Shown one piece after another: positions 16,877 through 25,491 of a stretch of DNA of 32,000 nucleotides; the first letter of the stretch is position 1; each line of letters begins with the position of its first letter. Source of the DNA: Kineococcus radiotolerans SRS30216 = ATCC BAA-149 (GTDB lineage Bacteria; Actinomycetota; Actinomycetes; Actinomycetales; Kineococcaceae). The notes beneath the pieces are model-generated. The model ran no database searches. It saw only the letters and a program-made list of their open reading frames with translations, and had not been told where the DNA came from. The stretch covers positions 120,001-152,000 of the forward strand of contig NC_009806.1 in the NCBI RefSeq assembly GCF_000017305.1, in the 5' to 3' direction. The position numbers and the translations under genes are program-made.

Positions 16877-17146
16877 GTGACGACAGGAGCCGCAGTGCTG
16901 CGGAGACCCCGAACGCCGCTGGCTACCCTGACCGCCGTGGTGGAGCCGTCTCGTACCGACTGGTGGCTGCTGGAGGACGTCGCAGTCTTCTTGGGCAGCT
17001 CCAAGAGCACGGTGACCGCCTACCGCTCCCGCGGGCAGCTTCCGGCGGCGGACACGACCTTCGGTCGATCCCCGGCCTGGCGCCCGCAGACGATCCGCGA
17101 TTGGGCTGCGCGCCGGCCCGGGCAGGGCTGGCGCAAGACCACCTGA
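16877..17146 (+). CDS. Excisionase/MerR-type helix-turn-helix DNA-binding protein (Xis-like)
   Basis: WWLLEDVAVFLGSSKSTVTAYRSRGQLPAADTTFGRSPAWRPQTIRDWAARRPGQGW fits the excisionase-family HTH pattern. The start is uncertain: the track ORF begins at 16742, and I prefer GTG 16877 (GGTGGAG 7 nt upstream). Confidence 0.55.
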   Translation: MTTGAAVLRRPRTPLATLTAVVEPSRTDWWLLEDVAVFLGSSKSTVTAYRSRGQLPAADTTFGRSPAWRPQTIRDWAARRPGQGWRKTT

Positions 17147-17199
17147 GCGCTGATCCCCAGCCTCATCCCGTCACGAGCGACTCGAGCGCGGCGCGCGCT

Positions 17200-17229
17200 G
17201 CACGTTACAGCTTTGGAGCTGTAACGTGC
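17200..17229. promoter_or_regulatory. Perfect 13-bp inverted repeat GCACGTTACAGCT-ttgg-AGCTGTAACGTGC (terminator or operator) 60 nt upstream of the Tad operon
   Basis: The arms were verified as exact reverse complements. The sequence is comparatively AT-rich for this DNA. It lies between the Xis-like stop (17146) and the lipoprotein start (17290). Confidence 0.5.
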
Positions 17230-17289
17230 GGAGTGAACACCCGGCGTCACTACCTTGCAGCTGCAGACGACCGATCCAAGGAGGACTCG

Positions 17290-17871
17290 ATGCAGCGCTT
17301 CACCACTTCCCGCCTGGCCGCAGCTTCAGCGGCCGTGGCGGTCCTACTGCTGGCCGGGTGTGGCAACAACGACGACATCGACTTCGGCAGCGACCCGCAG
17401 CAGGGGAGCAGCTCCACCAGCTCCCCGACCCCGAGCGTCGACACCGAGCAGCTCGAGCAGCAGAAGGTCCTGGAGGGCTACAACGCCTACTGGACGACCT
17501 ACGACGCAACGGCGGCACAACCGTCCCCAGACAAGGCGGTAGTCAGCCAGGCCCTGACGCCCGTGGCGGTCGACCCGGCCCTGGACACCTCAGTCAACGA
17601 CATCGTCAACGCCGCGCTGGCCGGCCAGAAGGCCTACGGCAACTACGTCGTGGACCCCAAGACCCCGGTCTTCCAGAACGAGGAGCACACCGAGGCCTTG
17701 GTCACCGACTGCATCGACTCCTCCCAGTCCGGCTGGGAGGACGCCACCACGGGTCAGAAGCTGACCGTCGGGGTGCCGGCCGTCTCCTCCAAGGCCACGT
17801 TGGTCAAGGGCGACGACGGCACCTGGCGGATGTCGCAGGTGACCTTCGACGACACGGTGACCTGCTCGTGA
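17290..17871 (+). CDS. Lipoprotein of unknown function, first gene of the Tad operon
   Basis: AAGGAGGA precedes the ATG at 17290. The signal ends in the lipobox LLLAGC. The track ORF from 16864 was trimmed. Confidence 0.85.
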   Translation: MQRFTTSRLAAASAAVAVLLLAGCGNNDDIDFGSDPQQGSSSTSSPTPSVDTEQLEQQKVLEGYNAYWTTYDATAAQPSPDKAVVSQALTPVAVDPALDTSVNDIVNAALAGQKAYGNYVVDPKTPVFQNEEHTEALVTDCIDSSQSGWEDATTGQKLTVGVPAVSSKATLVKGDDGTWRMSQVTFDDTVTCS

Positions 17872-18800
17872 GCGCCGTGGGACGCCGTCGTGGGCTCACC
17901 GCCGCCGCGGCGCTCGTCAGCACCCTCGTGGTCCTGCCGAGCGCCGTGGCCGACGACGGCGTCCCCCCGGTGGTCGTCAGCAACAGCCACGGTGGCGTGG
18001 GCACCACGGTCCATCAGACGGGCACGCCGGGGGGCTCGGGCAAGGCTGCCAACGGGGCGCAGACCGTGCGTGCTCGAGGTGCAGGCTCGACGTGCTCCTA
18101 CAACGACACCGTGGTGACCAGCACCGGGGGCACCGCGGTGACCCCGGCCGGTGCCGGACGCGCCAACGAGAACGCCGGTACCGGCCTGGTGGGGGACTCC
18201 ACCCAGGGCCGCTTCGTCACCCGCTTCTGCGGCGGGGCCTCCACCGTCATCTGGGTCCCCAACGGCGCTGTCGCTGGACCCGCGGGAGTTCCGACCGTGA
18301 CCCCGGAGATGCTCGCCCAGGACGCGCGCAACCTCCTGCCCATCCCCGTTCCCGCCTACGCCACCAACGGGTGGGGTCCCGGCGCCTCCCTGGTCAACAT
18401 GCCCACCTGGTGGTGGGTGACCAACGCCTCCGGGTCCCTGACCCAACGCACCAGCCTGGGAGCGGTGTGGGCGGAGGTGACCGCGACCCCGCTCACCTCC
18501 ACCTGGACCCCGAACACCCCCACCGACAACCCCGTGACCTGCACCGGCATGGGCATCGCGTGGCGGGACGGCATGAGCGAAGAGCAGGCCGGTCACTGCG
18601 CGGTCACCTACACCACCGCTTCCTTCCGGCGCCTGGCCGGAGCGGACCAGGCCTTCAACTCCCAGCTCAGCGTCACCTGGCGCGTGACATGGGTGGGCTC
18701 CGGCGGCACCGGCGGCACCCTCGCCCCGCTGTCGATGGACGCAGACATCCCCATGCAGGTCTACGAACGCCAGATCCTCAACAAGCCCCCCACTCCTTGA
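17868..18800 (+). CDS. Secreted protein of unknown function (Trp/Thr-rich C-terminal domain)
   Basis: The GTG start overlaps the lipoprotein stop (GTGA). Signal peptide: VSAVGRRRGLTAAAALVSTLVVLPSAVADDG. The track ORF from 17226 was trimmed. Confidence 0.75.
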   Translation: MSAVGRRRGLTAAAALVSTLVVLPSAVADDGVPPVVVSNSHGGVGTTVHQTGTPGGSGKAANGAQTVRARGAGSTCSYNDTVVTSTGGTAVTPAGAGRANENAGTGLVGDSTQGRFVTRFCGGASTVIWVPNGAVAGPAGVPTVTPEMLAQDARNLLPIPVPAYATNGWGPGASLVNMPTWWWVTNASGSLTQRTSLGAVWAEVTATPLTSTWTPNTPTDNPVTCTGMGIAWRDGMSEEQAGHCAVTYTTASFRRLAGADQAFNSQLSVTWRVTWVGSGGTGGTLAPLSMDADIPMQVYERQILNKPPTP

Positions 18801-18873
18801 TCACCCACGGCCGCTGAGCCGCTGACCACGAGCCAGCGACCAGCACCAGACCCACCACCACCAGGAGCTCCTG

Positions 18874-19632
18874 ATGTCCTTGACCAAAGCCGCGCAGAAG
18901 ACGCCCAACGGCACCCCCACCGCGACCGCAGCTGCCCTCAAGGACGCCTCGACGACCCCGACCAAGGGAGCGTCCATCAGGGCCCGCAAGAGCGATGGGA
19001 CCCCGGCACGCTCGCGCCCTCAGACCAAGAGCAGCAGCCAGGCGAAGACGAACCGACCGATGGCCGCGCTCGCGGTTCTGATCATCGTCGGCTCGGCCAC
19101 CGCTGGGGCGGTGCTGTACTCCAGCGCCGGTGACCGTCACGACGTGCTCGCCCTGGCCCGCGACGTGCCCGCCGGACAGAAGATCACCGCGGAGGACCTG
19201 CGGGTCGCTGAGGTCAACGGGTCGGGCTTCTCCGCGGTCATCAAGGAGCACGCCGACCAGGTCGTGGGCTCGACCGCCATCTCGAGCCTGCCCGAAGGGG
19301 CCCTGCTGACGAACAAGATGTACCAGGACGACCCGATCCCCGAACCGGGCAACGTCATCGTGGGGGCTTCGCTGAAGCCGGGTTCGGTGCCCTCGGACGC
19401 GCAGCCCGGGCGTCGGGTGGCCGTCTGGAAGGTCGGCGTCGTCAACGGCAACGCGCCGGTCGCCGACGCCGAGCAGATCGTGGAGTCGGCGCTGGTGACC
19501 GAGGTGTCCACCGACGTCGCCGGCGGCAACACGCTGCTGTCGCTGGACCTGCCCCGCGACAGCGCCGCCGCGTACACCTCCGCCGCGGCCGCGGGCACCG
19601 TGGCCGTCTCGGTGCTGCCGGTGGGCTCCTGA
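18874..19632 (+). CDS. cpaB: CpaB/RcpC-like Flp pilus assembly protein (TM + SAF domain)
   Basis: AGGAG lies 6 nt upstream. TM: MAALAVLIIVGSATAGAVLY. The SAF-like segment is VLALARDVPAGQKITAEDLRVAEV...LPEGALLTNKM. Confidence 0.8.
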   Translation: MSLTKAAQKTPNGTPTATAAALKDASTTPTKGASIRARKSDGTPARSRPQTKSSSQAKTNRPMAALAVLIIVGSATAGAVLYSSAGDRHDVLALARDVPAGQKITAEDLRVAEVNGSGFSAVIKEHADQVVGSTAISSLPEGALLTNKMYQDDPIPEPGNVIVGASLKPGSVPSDAQPGRRVAVWKVGVVNGNAPVADAEQIVESALVTEVSTDVAGGNTLLSLDLPRDSAAAYTSAAAAGTVAVSVLPVGS

Positions 19633-20960
19633 TGGCCCTCATCGTGCTCGGGGCAGCCAAGGGCGCCCCCGGAGTGACCACGACGACCGCCGCCCTGGCC
19701 GCGGTGTGGCCGACCCCCGCGCTCCTCGTCGAAGCCGACCCCAGCGGGTCCGACCTGCAGCTGCTGGCGCGCGGGGACAACGGCCGCCACCTGCAGGGTG
19801 GTCAGCGCGGCGCCGGAGTCCTGGGTCTGGCCAGTCACGGCGGGAACCGCTCCACCCTCCTGAAGGAGCCCATCACCCAGAGCTGCGACCTCGGCGTGCC
19901 CGTGATCATCGGCCCCCCGCACCCGCGGGCCGCGCAGGCGATGGGGCCGGCGTGGAACCAGGTGGGCAACGCTCTGGCTCAGCTCTCCCGCGAAGGCGAG
20001 TTCGACGTCCTGGTCGACATCGGCCGCCTCGACGACGAGAGCGTCGCCCTGCCCCTGATCAGCCGTGCCGACGTCGTGGTGCTGGTGACCCGGCGCAACC
20101 TGCGTGGCATCGCGCACACCCGCCGAGTGGCCGCCATCGTCGAGGAGCAGCTGCGCCTGAACTCCGCCGCCGCTGCTGGCGCCACCCCGCGCCTGCTGAT
20201 CGTCGACGACCTCGACACCCCCAAGCGCGTCGAGACTCAGTGGCCCCTGGCCGCGCGGGGTCTCACCCACTCCTGGTCGATGCTGCCGCCGATCACCTGG
20301 GACGCCGCCGGAGCCCGCGACCTCTTCGACGCCACCGCCGCCCAGCGCGACACCAGCGCCTTCCTCACCTCCGTGCGCACCATCGCCACCGAGCTGCACG
20401 ACATCGCCCGGCACTTCGCCGCCCCCGCCGGCGGCGACGCCGCGCTCGGAGCCGCACCCGAGCTTCCGAGTCAGTCCGTCGCGCCGTCGCCGCAGGCCGT
20501 CACCTCCTCGACGACTTCATCGGGCTCCTCGACTCCTGCGGCCGCCGCGGAAGCGCTGGGCACCACCAAGGACCTGGGTGGGCACCCGGCATCTCCCGAC
20601 ACCGCCGGTCTGAGTCCGCTGCAGGTCGGCGCGGTGGGCCCCCCGGTTCCTGCCGGCGTGGTGTGGCCCCCGCTGCCGCCGTCGCGACGAGGAACGGCTG
20701 CCGGCTCGCACGCCAGCGACTTCGGCACCGACCTGGACGCCAGCCTGGAAGAGCGAGACCCGGCCAAGACCGGTGAGAACCCCGACTCCGCGAGCGCCAC
20801 CGAGGAAGACCCCGACTCCGCGAGCGCCACCGGCCCCAGCACCGACCCCAGCACCGACCCCAGCACCGCCCGCGACGAGGAGACGGCTCCTGATCCGGTG
20901 ACCGTCACGCACCCCCACCGTGATCCGCAGCTGACGAGCTCAGGAGCAGGACAGCGATGA
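19632..20960 (+). CDS. TadZ/CpaE-like ParA/MinD-fold protein with a degenerate Walker A, plus a repeat-rich acidic Pro/Ser/Thr tail
   Basis: IVLGAAKGAPGVTTTTAALA occupies the position of KGGxGKT/S, with no Lys after the second Gly. DVLVDIGRLDD is Walker-B-like. It sits between cpaB and tadA. Its ATG overlaps the cpaB stop by 1 nt. Confidence 0.65.
   Translation: MALIVLGAAKGAPGVTTTTAALAAVWPTPALLVEADPSGSDLQLLARGDNGRHLQGGQRGAGVLGLASHGGNRSTLLKEPITQSCDLGVPVIIGPPHPRAAQAMGPAWNQVGNALAQLSREGEFDVLVDIGRLDDESVALPLISRADVVVLVTRRNLRGIAHTRRVAAIVEEQLRLNSAAAAGATPRLLIVDDLDTPKRVETQWPLAARGLTHSWSMLPPITWDAAGARDLFDATAAQRDTSAFLTSVRTIATELHDIARHFAAPAGGDAALGAAPELPSQSVAPSPQAVTSSTTSSGSSTPAAAAEALGTTKDLGGHPASPDTAGLSPLQVGAVGPPVPAGVVWPPLPPSRRGTAAGSHASDFGTDLDASLEERDPAKTGENPDSASATEEDPDSASATGPSTDPSTDPSTARDEETAPDPVTVTHPHRDPQLTSSGAGQR
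20779..20869. repeat. In-frame repeats in the TadZ-like tail: a 24-mer ACCCCGACTCCGCGAGCGCCACCG twice at 30-bp period, then CCCCAGCACCGA x3
   Basis: Copies at 20779-20802 and 20809-20832, and the 12-bp units at 20834-20869. They encode PDSASAT x2 and PSTD x3. Confidence 0.9.
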
Positions 20961-22315
20961 CTCTTCAACCCCTCACCTCTGGCATCGAGCAGCTGCCCGA
21001 CACCTCCCAGGTCGTCGACTTCGCCCTGGTGCAGCGTCTGCGGACGACGGTGGCGGCCGGCCTGAACGCCGAGCGCCGGCGGCGAGCCGACGACGAACAG
21101 CTGCGGGAGATGACCAGCCAGGACGAGCTGCTCTTCGCTGACTCCCTGATCACCCGCAGCATTGCGGCGGAGAAGCAGGACCAGATGCAGCTCGGGCACC
21201 GCCTGACCGGGGAGGATGAGCTGCGCGCGGCCCTGCGCGCAGCGATCTTCGGTCTGGGCCGACTGCAGCCGCTGGTGGACAACCCCGCGCTCAGCGACAT
21301 CGCCATCAACGGCTGCGACCAGGTCTGGGTCAAGACCCTCAGCGGGCAGAAGCTGCGCGGTCCGGCCGTCGCGGAGTCCGATGAGGAACTCATCCAGTGG
21401 GTTCGTGACACCGCGACCTACAACGGGTTGTCGTCTCGTCCCTTCGACCCGGCCAACCCCTACCTGCAGATGCGCCTGCCCGGCAACCACCGCCTCACCG
21501 CACAGATGTCGACCTCGGAACGTCCGGTGGTCTCGATCCGCCTCTACCGACTGCAGTCGGTGCGCATGCACGAGCTGCACGCCCGGGGGATGTTCACCGA
21601 CCGCATCGGCGCTTTCCTGCACGCCGCGGTACGCGCCAAGAAGGCGATCATGCTGGTGGGGGAGACCGGCTCGGGCAAGACCACGCTGCTGCGGGCGCTG
21701 GCCAACGAGATCCCGGCCCGCGAGCGCATCATCACCATCGAGCACTTCCTGGAGCTGGGGTTGCCCCCCGAGCTGCACCCGGACCTGGTCGCCTTCGAGG
21801 AGCGACCCGCCAACGCCGAGGGCCTCGGCGCGGTGACCATGGAGGACCTGGTCATGAACTCCCGGCGCATGGACCCCGATCGGGTCATCCTCGGGGAGTG
21901 CATTGGGCCTGAGGTGGTCGCGCTGCTGGACTCCATCACCCAGGGCAACGCCGGGGGACTGTCCACGATCCACGCCCCCACCGCCCACGCGGCCATCGAC
22001 AAGATCGCCCTCTACGCGGTCAAGGCGCCCACGCCGCTGACGATGGAGGCGGCCAACATGCTGACCTCCATCGGGTTGGATCTGCTGGTCTTGGTGAAGA
22101 AGACCGAGCTGCCCGACGGCACCGTCCGTCGTCACGTCGCCAGCATCGTCGAGGTCGGCAAGTACGACGGGCAGCAGGTCATCACCAACGAGCTCTTCAG
22201 AGCGCCGACCGGCGCGGTGCAGGCCCTGCCCAAGGCCGCGCTGTCGGACGAGCTTCGCGAGAGCCTGAAGGCTGCCGGCTACGACGACAAGCAGTGGGCG
22301 CAGGACGCGCGATGA
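20957..22315 (+). CDS. tadA: TadA/CpaF pilus assembly secretion ATPase
   Basis: 452 aa. Walker A: VGETGSGKTTLLRAL. Typical CpaF stretches: RIITIEHFLEL, DRVILGECIGPE, GGLSTIHA. ATGA overlap with the upstream gene. Confidence 0.95.
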   Translation: MTLQPLTSGIEQLPDTSQVVDFALVQRLRTTVAAGLNAERRRRADDEQLREMTSQDELLFADSLITRSIAAEKQDQMQLGHRLTGEDELRAALRAAIFGLGRLQPLVDNPALSDIAINGCDQVWVKTLSGQKLRGPAVAESDEELIQWVRDTATYNGLSSRPFDPANPYLQMRLPGNHRLTAQMSTSERPVVSIRLYRLQSVRMHELHARGMFTDRIGAFLHAAVRAKKAIMLVGETGSGKTTLLRALANEIPARERIITIEHFLELGLPPELHPDLVAFEERPANAEGLGAVTMEDLVMNSRRMDPDRVILGECIGPEVVALLDSITQGNAGGLSTIHAPTAHAAIDKIALYAVKAPTPLTMEAANMLTSIGLDLLVLVKKTELPDGTVRRHVASIVEVGKYDGQQVITNELFRAPTGAVQALPKAALSDELRESLKAAGYDDKQWAQDAR

Positions 22316-23358
22316 TCGACCAGACCTTCCTGCTGGTCACCCTCGCCGGTCTCGTCTTCGGGTTGGGTGTCGTCCTGCTCGTGCTGGCCCTGCGCGGTCA
22401 GGGCGCCGGCGTTCGCCCACCGCGGGCCTTGCAGCTGGGTCATTGGCCGCGCGAGACCAGGATCCGCTGGGGCGTGGCGGTGGCCGGGGGGCTGCTGACC
22501 CTGCTGATCACCCGGTGGATCACCGTGGCGCTGGCCATCGCCGTGATCGCGGTGATGTGGCCGCGTCTGTTCGGCGGCGCGCGCAGTCAGGCTCGCCAGA
22601 TCCGCAAGCTGGAGGCGCTGGCCAGTTGGGTGGAGTCGTTGCGCGACACCATCAGCACCGGGCAGGCACTGCCGGAGGCCCTGCCGGCCAGCGCACTGAC
22701 CGCGGCCCCTGAGATCGCCGAGCCGCTGGCGAACCTGTTGGACCGCATGCGCGCGCGCCAGTCCCTGGACCAGGCGCTGCTGCTGCTGGCCGATGACCTC
22801 GACGATCCTGAGGCGGACAGCGTCATCGGCGCGTTGGCCATGAACGCACGGGTGCAGGGCAAGCGGCTCAACGTGGTGCTGACGTCGCTGGCGGAGTCGG
22901 CGCGCAAGCAGCTGACCATCCGCCGTGAGATCGAGGCCGGGCGGGCGAGCATGCGCCGCGGGGTGACGTTCGTGATCATCACCACCTGCACGCTGGTCAT
23001 CGGCATGACGGTCTTCAACCGCGACTACGTCGAGCCGTACTCCACCGTCACCGGTCAGATCGTCTTGGCCATCGTCATCGGGCTGTTCACCGCCGGCTTG
23101 TTCTGGCTGCGGCGCCTAGCCGACTTCGAGACCCGGCGCCGGTTCCTGGTGACACCCCAGACCACCTCGCAGGCGGCGGCTCAGTCCCTCCAGCCCGTCC
23201 CGTCGGCTCAGTCCGGGGAGCGAGCTGACGTGCGGGGCGCAGGCGAGGTCGACGTGGCCTCGTCCTTGGACCTGCCTTCGGCGCCGACGCTGGCTCCCGC
23301 CGGGGTCACCTCTGCCCCGACCTCCGCCTCGACCTCTGCCTCCGGAGGGACCCGATGA
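22312..23358 (+). CDS. tadB: TadB-like T2SS-F family inner-membrane platform protein
   Basis: ATG 22312 overlaps the tadA stop (ATGA). It has N- and C-terminal TM helices and a central cytoplasmic helical domain typical of the family, plus a low-complexity C-terminal tail. Confidence 0.8.
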   Translation: MIDQTFLLVTLAGLVFGLGVVLLVLALRGQGAGVRPPRALQLGHWPRETRIRWGVAVAGGLLTLLITRWITVALAIAVIAVMWPRLFGGARSQARQIRKLEALASWVESLRDTISTGQALPEALPASALTAAPEIAEPLANLLDRMRARQSLDQALLLLADDLDDPEADSVIGALAMNARVQGKRLNVVLTSLAESARKQLTIRREIEAGRASMRRGVTFVIITTCTLVIGMTVFNRDYVEPYSTVTGQIVLAIVIGLFTAGLFWLRRLADFETRRRFLVTPQTTSQAAAQSLQPVPSAQSGERADVRGAGEVDVASSLDLPSAPTLAPAGVTSAPTSASTSASGGTR

Positions 23359-24272
23359 CCGCGATGGTGCTGGTGGCCATGCTGCTGGCGGCGGGTCTGC
23401 TGCTGCTGGTGCGCGCGCTGCGTCCCTCCCAGCCTTCCCTCGGTGAGCAGCTGGCCCGCTTGGGCGCGCAGACCAGCTACGACGAGCGGTACCGGGCCGC
23501 GGCCAGCACCGCACGCTCGCACACCTCCAAGGCCCACCGGTGGCTGGCCCGGCGCCTGGCCGGCACCCCGGTCATGACCAGCACCATCGACGACAAGCTC
23601 AGCCGCGACCTGTCCCTGCTCAACGTCGACGCCGCCGCGTTCACCGCAACCCGAGTGGCCATGGTCGCGGCCGGGTTCCTCCTCGCTCCGGTCCTCTGCT
23701 TCATCGCCTTGGCCGTCACCGGTGGAAGCACTCCCGCGGTGGTGGTCCTGACCGTGACGTTGCTCGTGACGTTGGTGGCCTACGTGGTGCCGGCCCGGCG
23801 GGTGCACAGCACCGCGGAGTCGCGGCGCGCAGACTTCCGCGCCGCCATCACCTCCTACATGGACTTGGTGGCCATGCGCGCCGCGTCTGGGGCCGGCGCC
23901 TCCGAAGCCCTCGCCGACGCAGCGCGCATCGGACGCGGATGGCCTTTCGCGCGCGTCCGCCTGGCCCTGGCCGATGCGCGCATCAGCGGCTACACCCCTG
24001 CCCGCGCGCTGGGACGGCTGGGAGAAGAGATCGGCATGCACGAGCTGCAGGACCTCTCCGCGCAACTGCTGCTGGCCGACGCGACCGGCGCGCAGGCCGA
24101 GGTGACCTTGCGCGAGCGCGCTCGGTCGTTGCGCGATGCCCAGCTGGCGGTAGCCCAGGGCAAGGCCGGTGAACGCAGCCAGACGATGGTCATCGCGCAG
24201 CTGCTGCTGGCGTTGGGGTTCATGCTCTTCGTCCTCTACCCGCCGGTCTCGAACTTCATGACGGCGCTGTGA
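23355..24272 (+). CDS. tadC: TadC-like T2SS-F family inner-membrane platform protein
   Basis: ATGA overlap with tadB. Architecture is the same as TadB (TM, helical domain, C-terminal TM pair MVIAQLLLALGFMLFVLYPPV). Confidence 0.8.
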   Translation: MTAMVLVAMLLAAGLLLLVRALRPSQPSLGEQLARLGAQTSYDERYRAAASTARSHTSKAHRWLARRLAGTPVMTSTIDDKLSRDLSLLNVDAAAFTATRVAMVAAGFLLAPVLCFIALAVTGGSTPAVVVLTVTLLVTLVAYVVPARRVHSTAESRRADFRAAITSYMDLVAMRAASGAGASEALADAARIGRGWPFARVRLALADARISGYTPARALGRLGEEIGMHELQDLSAQLLLADATGAQAEVTLRERARSLRDAQLAVAQGKAGERSQTMVIAQLLLALGFMLFVLYPPVSNFMTAL

Positions 24273-24541
24273 TGAACCCGCCCACCAGGTCATCGACCAG
24301 GCAGCTGGCTAGGCCCCCGACCACGACACGACACGAACCCCGGCGTGCGCCCCGGTTCGTGCTCCGGTCCAGACCATCCCGTACGGGGCGCCAACCGCCA
24401 TCCCGGTCTCGACATCAACTCGGCGTTGTCCACAGCCTCGGCTGCGGCGATGGCCGTGATGACCACCTCGGTGATCTGCTCACGGAAGAGCCCCCAGTCC
24501 ACACCAGCCGCTCCCGCCGCACCGCATCCTCGGAGGAACCC

Positions 24542-24904
24542 ATGTCCAGCACCGTCCTCGACGCAACCTCGAGCACCAGCGCTGAGCTCACCACCGGCTC
24601 CGCCAGCGACTTCGCCACCGTCATCCGCTCCACGGGTTCCTCGGTGCCGACCCAGCGCATGACCCCGGCCGCGCGCGCGGTCCAGATGGCCCACCGGCTC
24701 ACCTTCCACCTGCCGGCGCTGATCGTCGTCGCCGCCGTGATGAGCCGCCTCGTGCAGGCTCCGCAGGAGCAGGACCAGGAGGAAGGCTTCTCAGTCGCGG
24801 AGTGGGTCATCGGTGTCGCCATCATCGCCGCGCTCGCCATCGCCGTCGGCGCCTTGATCACCACCAAGGTCACCGACAAGGCCAGCAGCATCAACCTGGG
24901 CTGA
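24542..24904 (+). CDS. flp: Flp-family pilin with an unusually long N-terminal extension
   Basis: The C-terminus EEG/FSVAEWVIGVAIIAALAIAVGALITTKV matches the Flp G/XXXXE[YW] processing motif followed by a hydrophobic helix. GGAGGA lies 5 nt before ATG 24542, and GC3 is high throughout 24542-24740. An alternative short start is ATG 24740. Confidence 0.7.
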   Translation: MSSTVLDATSSTSAELTTGSASDFATVIRSTGSSVPTQRMTPAARAVQMAHRLTFHLPALIVVAAVMSRLVQAPQEQDQEEGFSVAEWVIGVAIIAALAIAVGALITTKVTDKASSINLG

Positions 24905-24911
24905 GCTGCAG

Positions 24912-24939
24912 CCGTCGGGTGCCGAACGGCACCCGACGG
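24912..24939 (+). terminator. Perfect 12-bp stem / GAAC loop hairpin 8 nt after the flp stop (terminator or attenuator)
   Basis: CCGTCGGGTGCC gaac GGCACCCGACGG, verified as exact complements. There is no U tract, which is common in actinobacteria. Confidence 0.65.
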
Positions 24940-24963
24940 TCCCGTCCCGCCCCCGGATCCGAC

Positions 24964-25491
24964 ATGAAGGACGTCTCCATGTTCAGCACCTTGCACGCGA
25001 CGCGGCAGCGGTTGCGTTCGACCGCGCCGCGGTCGAAGGCCGCGCCGGCGGCCGTGTCGGCGAGCAGGGCCGAGCAGGACACGGAACGCCAGCCGGGGGA
25101 GGGCCGGGATCAGACCAAGGGTGAGGAGGGCTCCACCGCGGTGGAGCTGGTGATCCTGACCCCGCTGATGTTCCTGCTGGTGCTGCTGATCGTGCAGTTC
25201 GCTCTCTTCCTCCACGCTCGCCAGGTCGTCACCGCGGCCGCGGAGCAGGGTGTGCGCAGCGAGCGGTTGTCTCGAGCCGGTGGGGGAGAAGGTGCCCAGA
25301 CCGCGCTCGCGTTCGCGGCCCGTGTCGGCGGCAAGGCGGTGACCGGGGTCAATGCTCGGGTCGCGCGCGGGGCAGACGCGGTGACGGTCAACGTCAGCGG
25401 GGAAGGTCAGTCGATCATCCCGTGGATGCACCTGACGGTCACCGGGACCAGCAGTGGCTCGATCGACCAGTGGACCGGGGACGTGTCGTGA
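24964..25491 (+). CDS. tadE: TadE-like pseudopilin
   Basis: GSTAVELVILTPLMFLLVLLIVQFALFLHARQVVTAAAEQGVR is a classic TadE N-terminal domain. The start may instead be ATG 24979 (AAGGA 7 nt upstream). Confidence 0.85.
   Translation: MKDVSMFSTLHATRQRLRSTAPRSKAAPAAVSASRAEQDTERQPGEGRDQTKGEEGSTAVELVILTPLMFLLVLLIVQFALFLHARQVVTAAAEQGVRSERLSRAGGGEGAQTALAFAARVGGKAVTGVNARVARGADAVTVNVSGEGQSIIPWMHLTVTGTSSGSIDQWTGDVS

Noticed and set aside
19137-22135. Long antisense ORFs 19137-20414(-) and 20471-22135(-) opposite cpaB/tadZ-like/tadA
   Set aside because: Composition is Arg/Gly/Pro/His-rich, typical of off-frame reading in high-GC DNA. The opposite strand encodes proteins with unmistakable motifs (a Walker A secretion ATPase).
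24290-24541. Minus-strand segment translating to DWGLFREQITEVVITAIAAAEAVDNAELMS in the tadC-flp gap (part of ORF 24290-24709); possible gene remnant
   Set aside because: Only about 30 codons look protein-like. There is no RBS or credible start, and the rest of the ORF is antisense to flp. It may be a pseudogene fragment, but I cannot support it.
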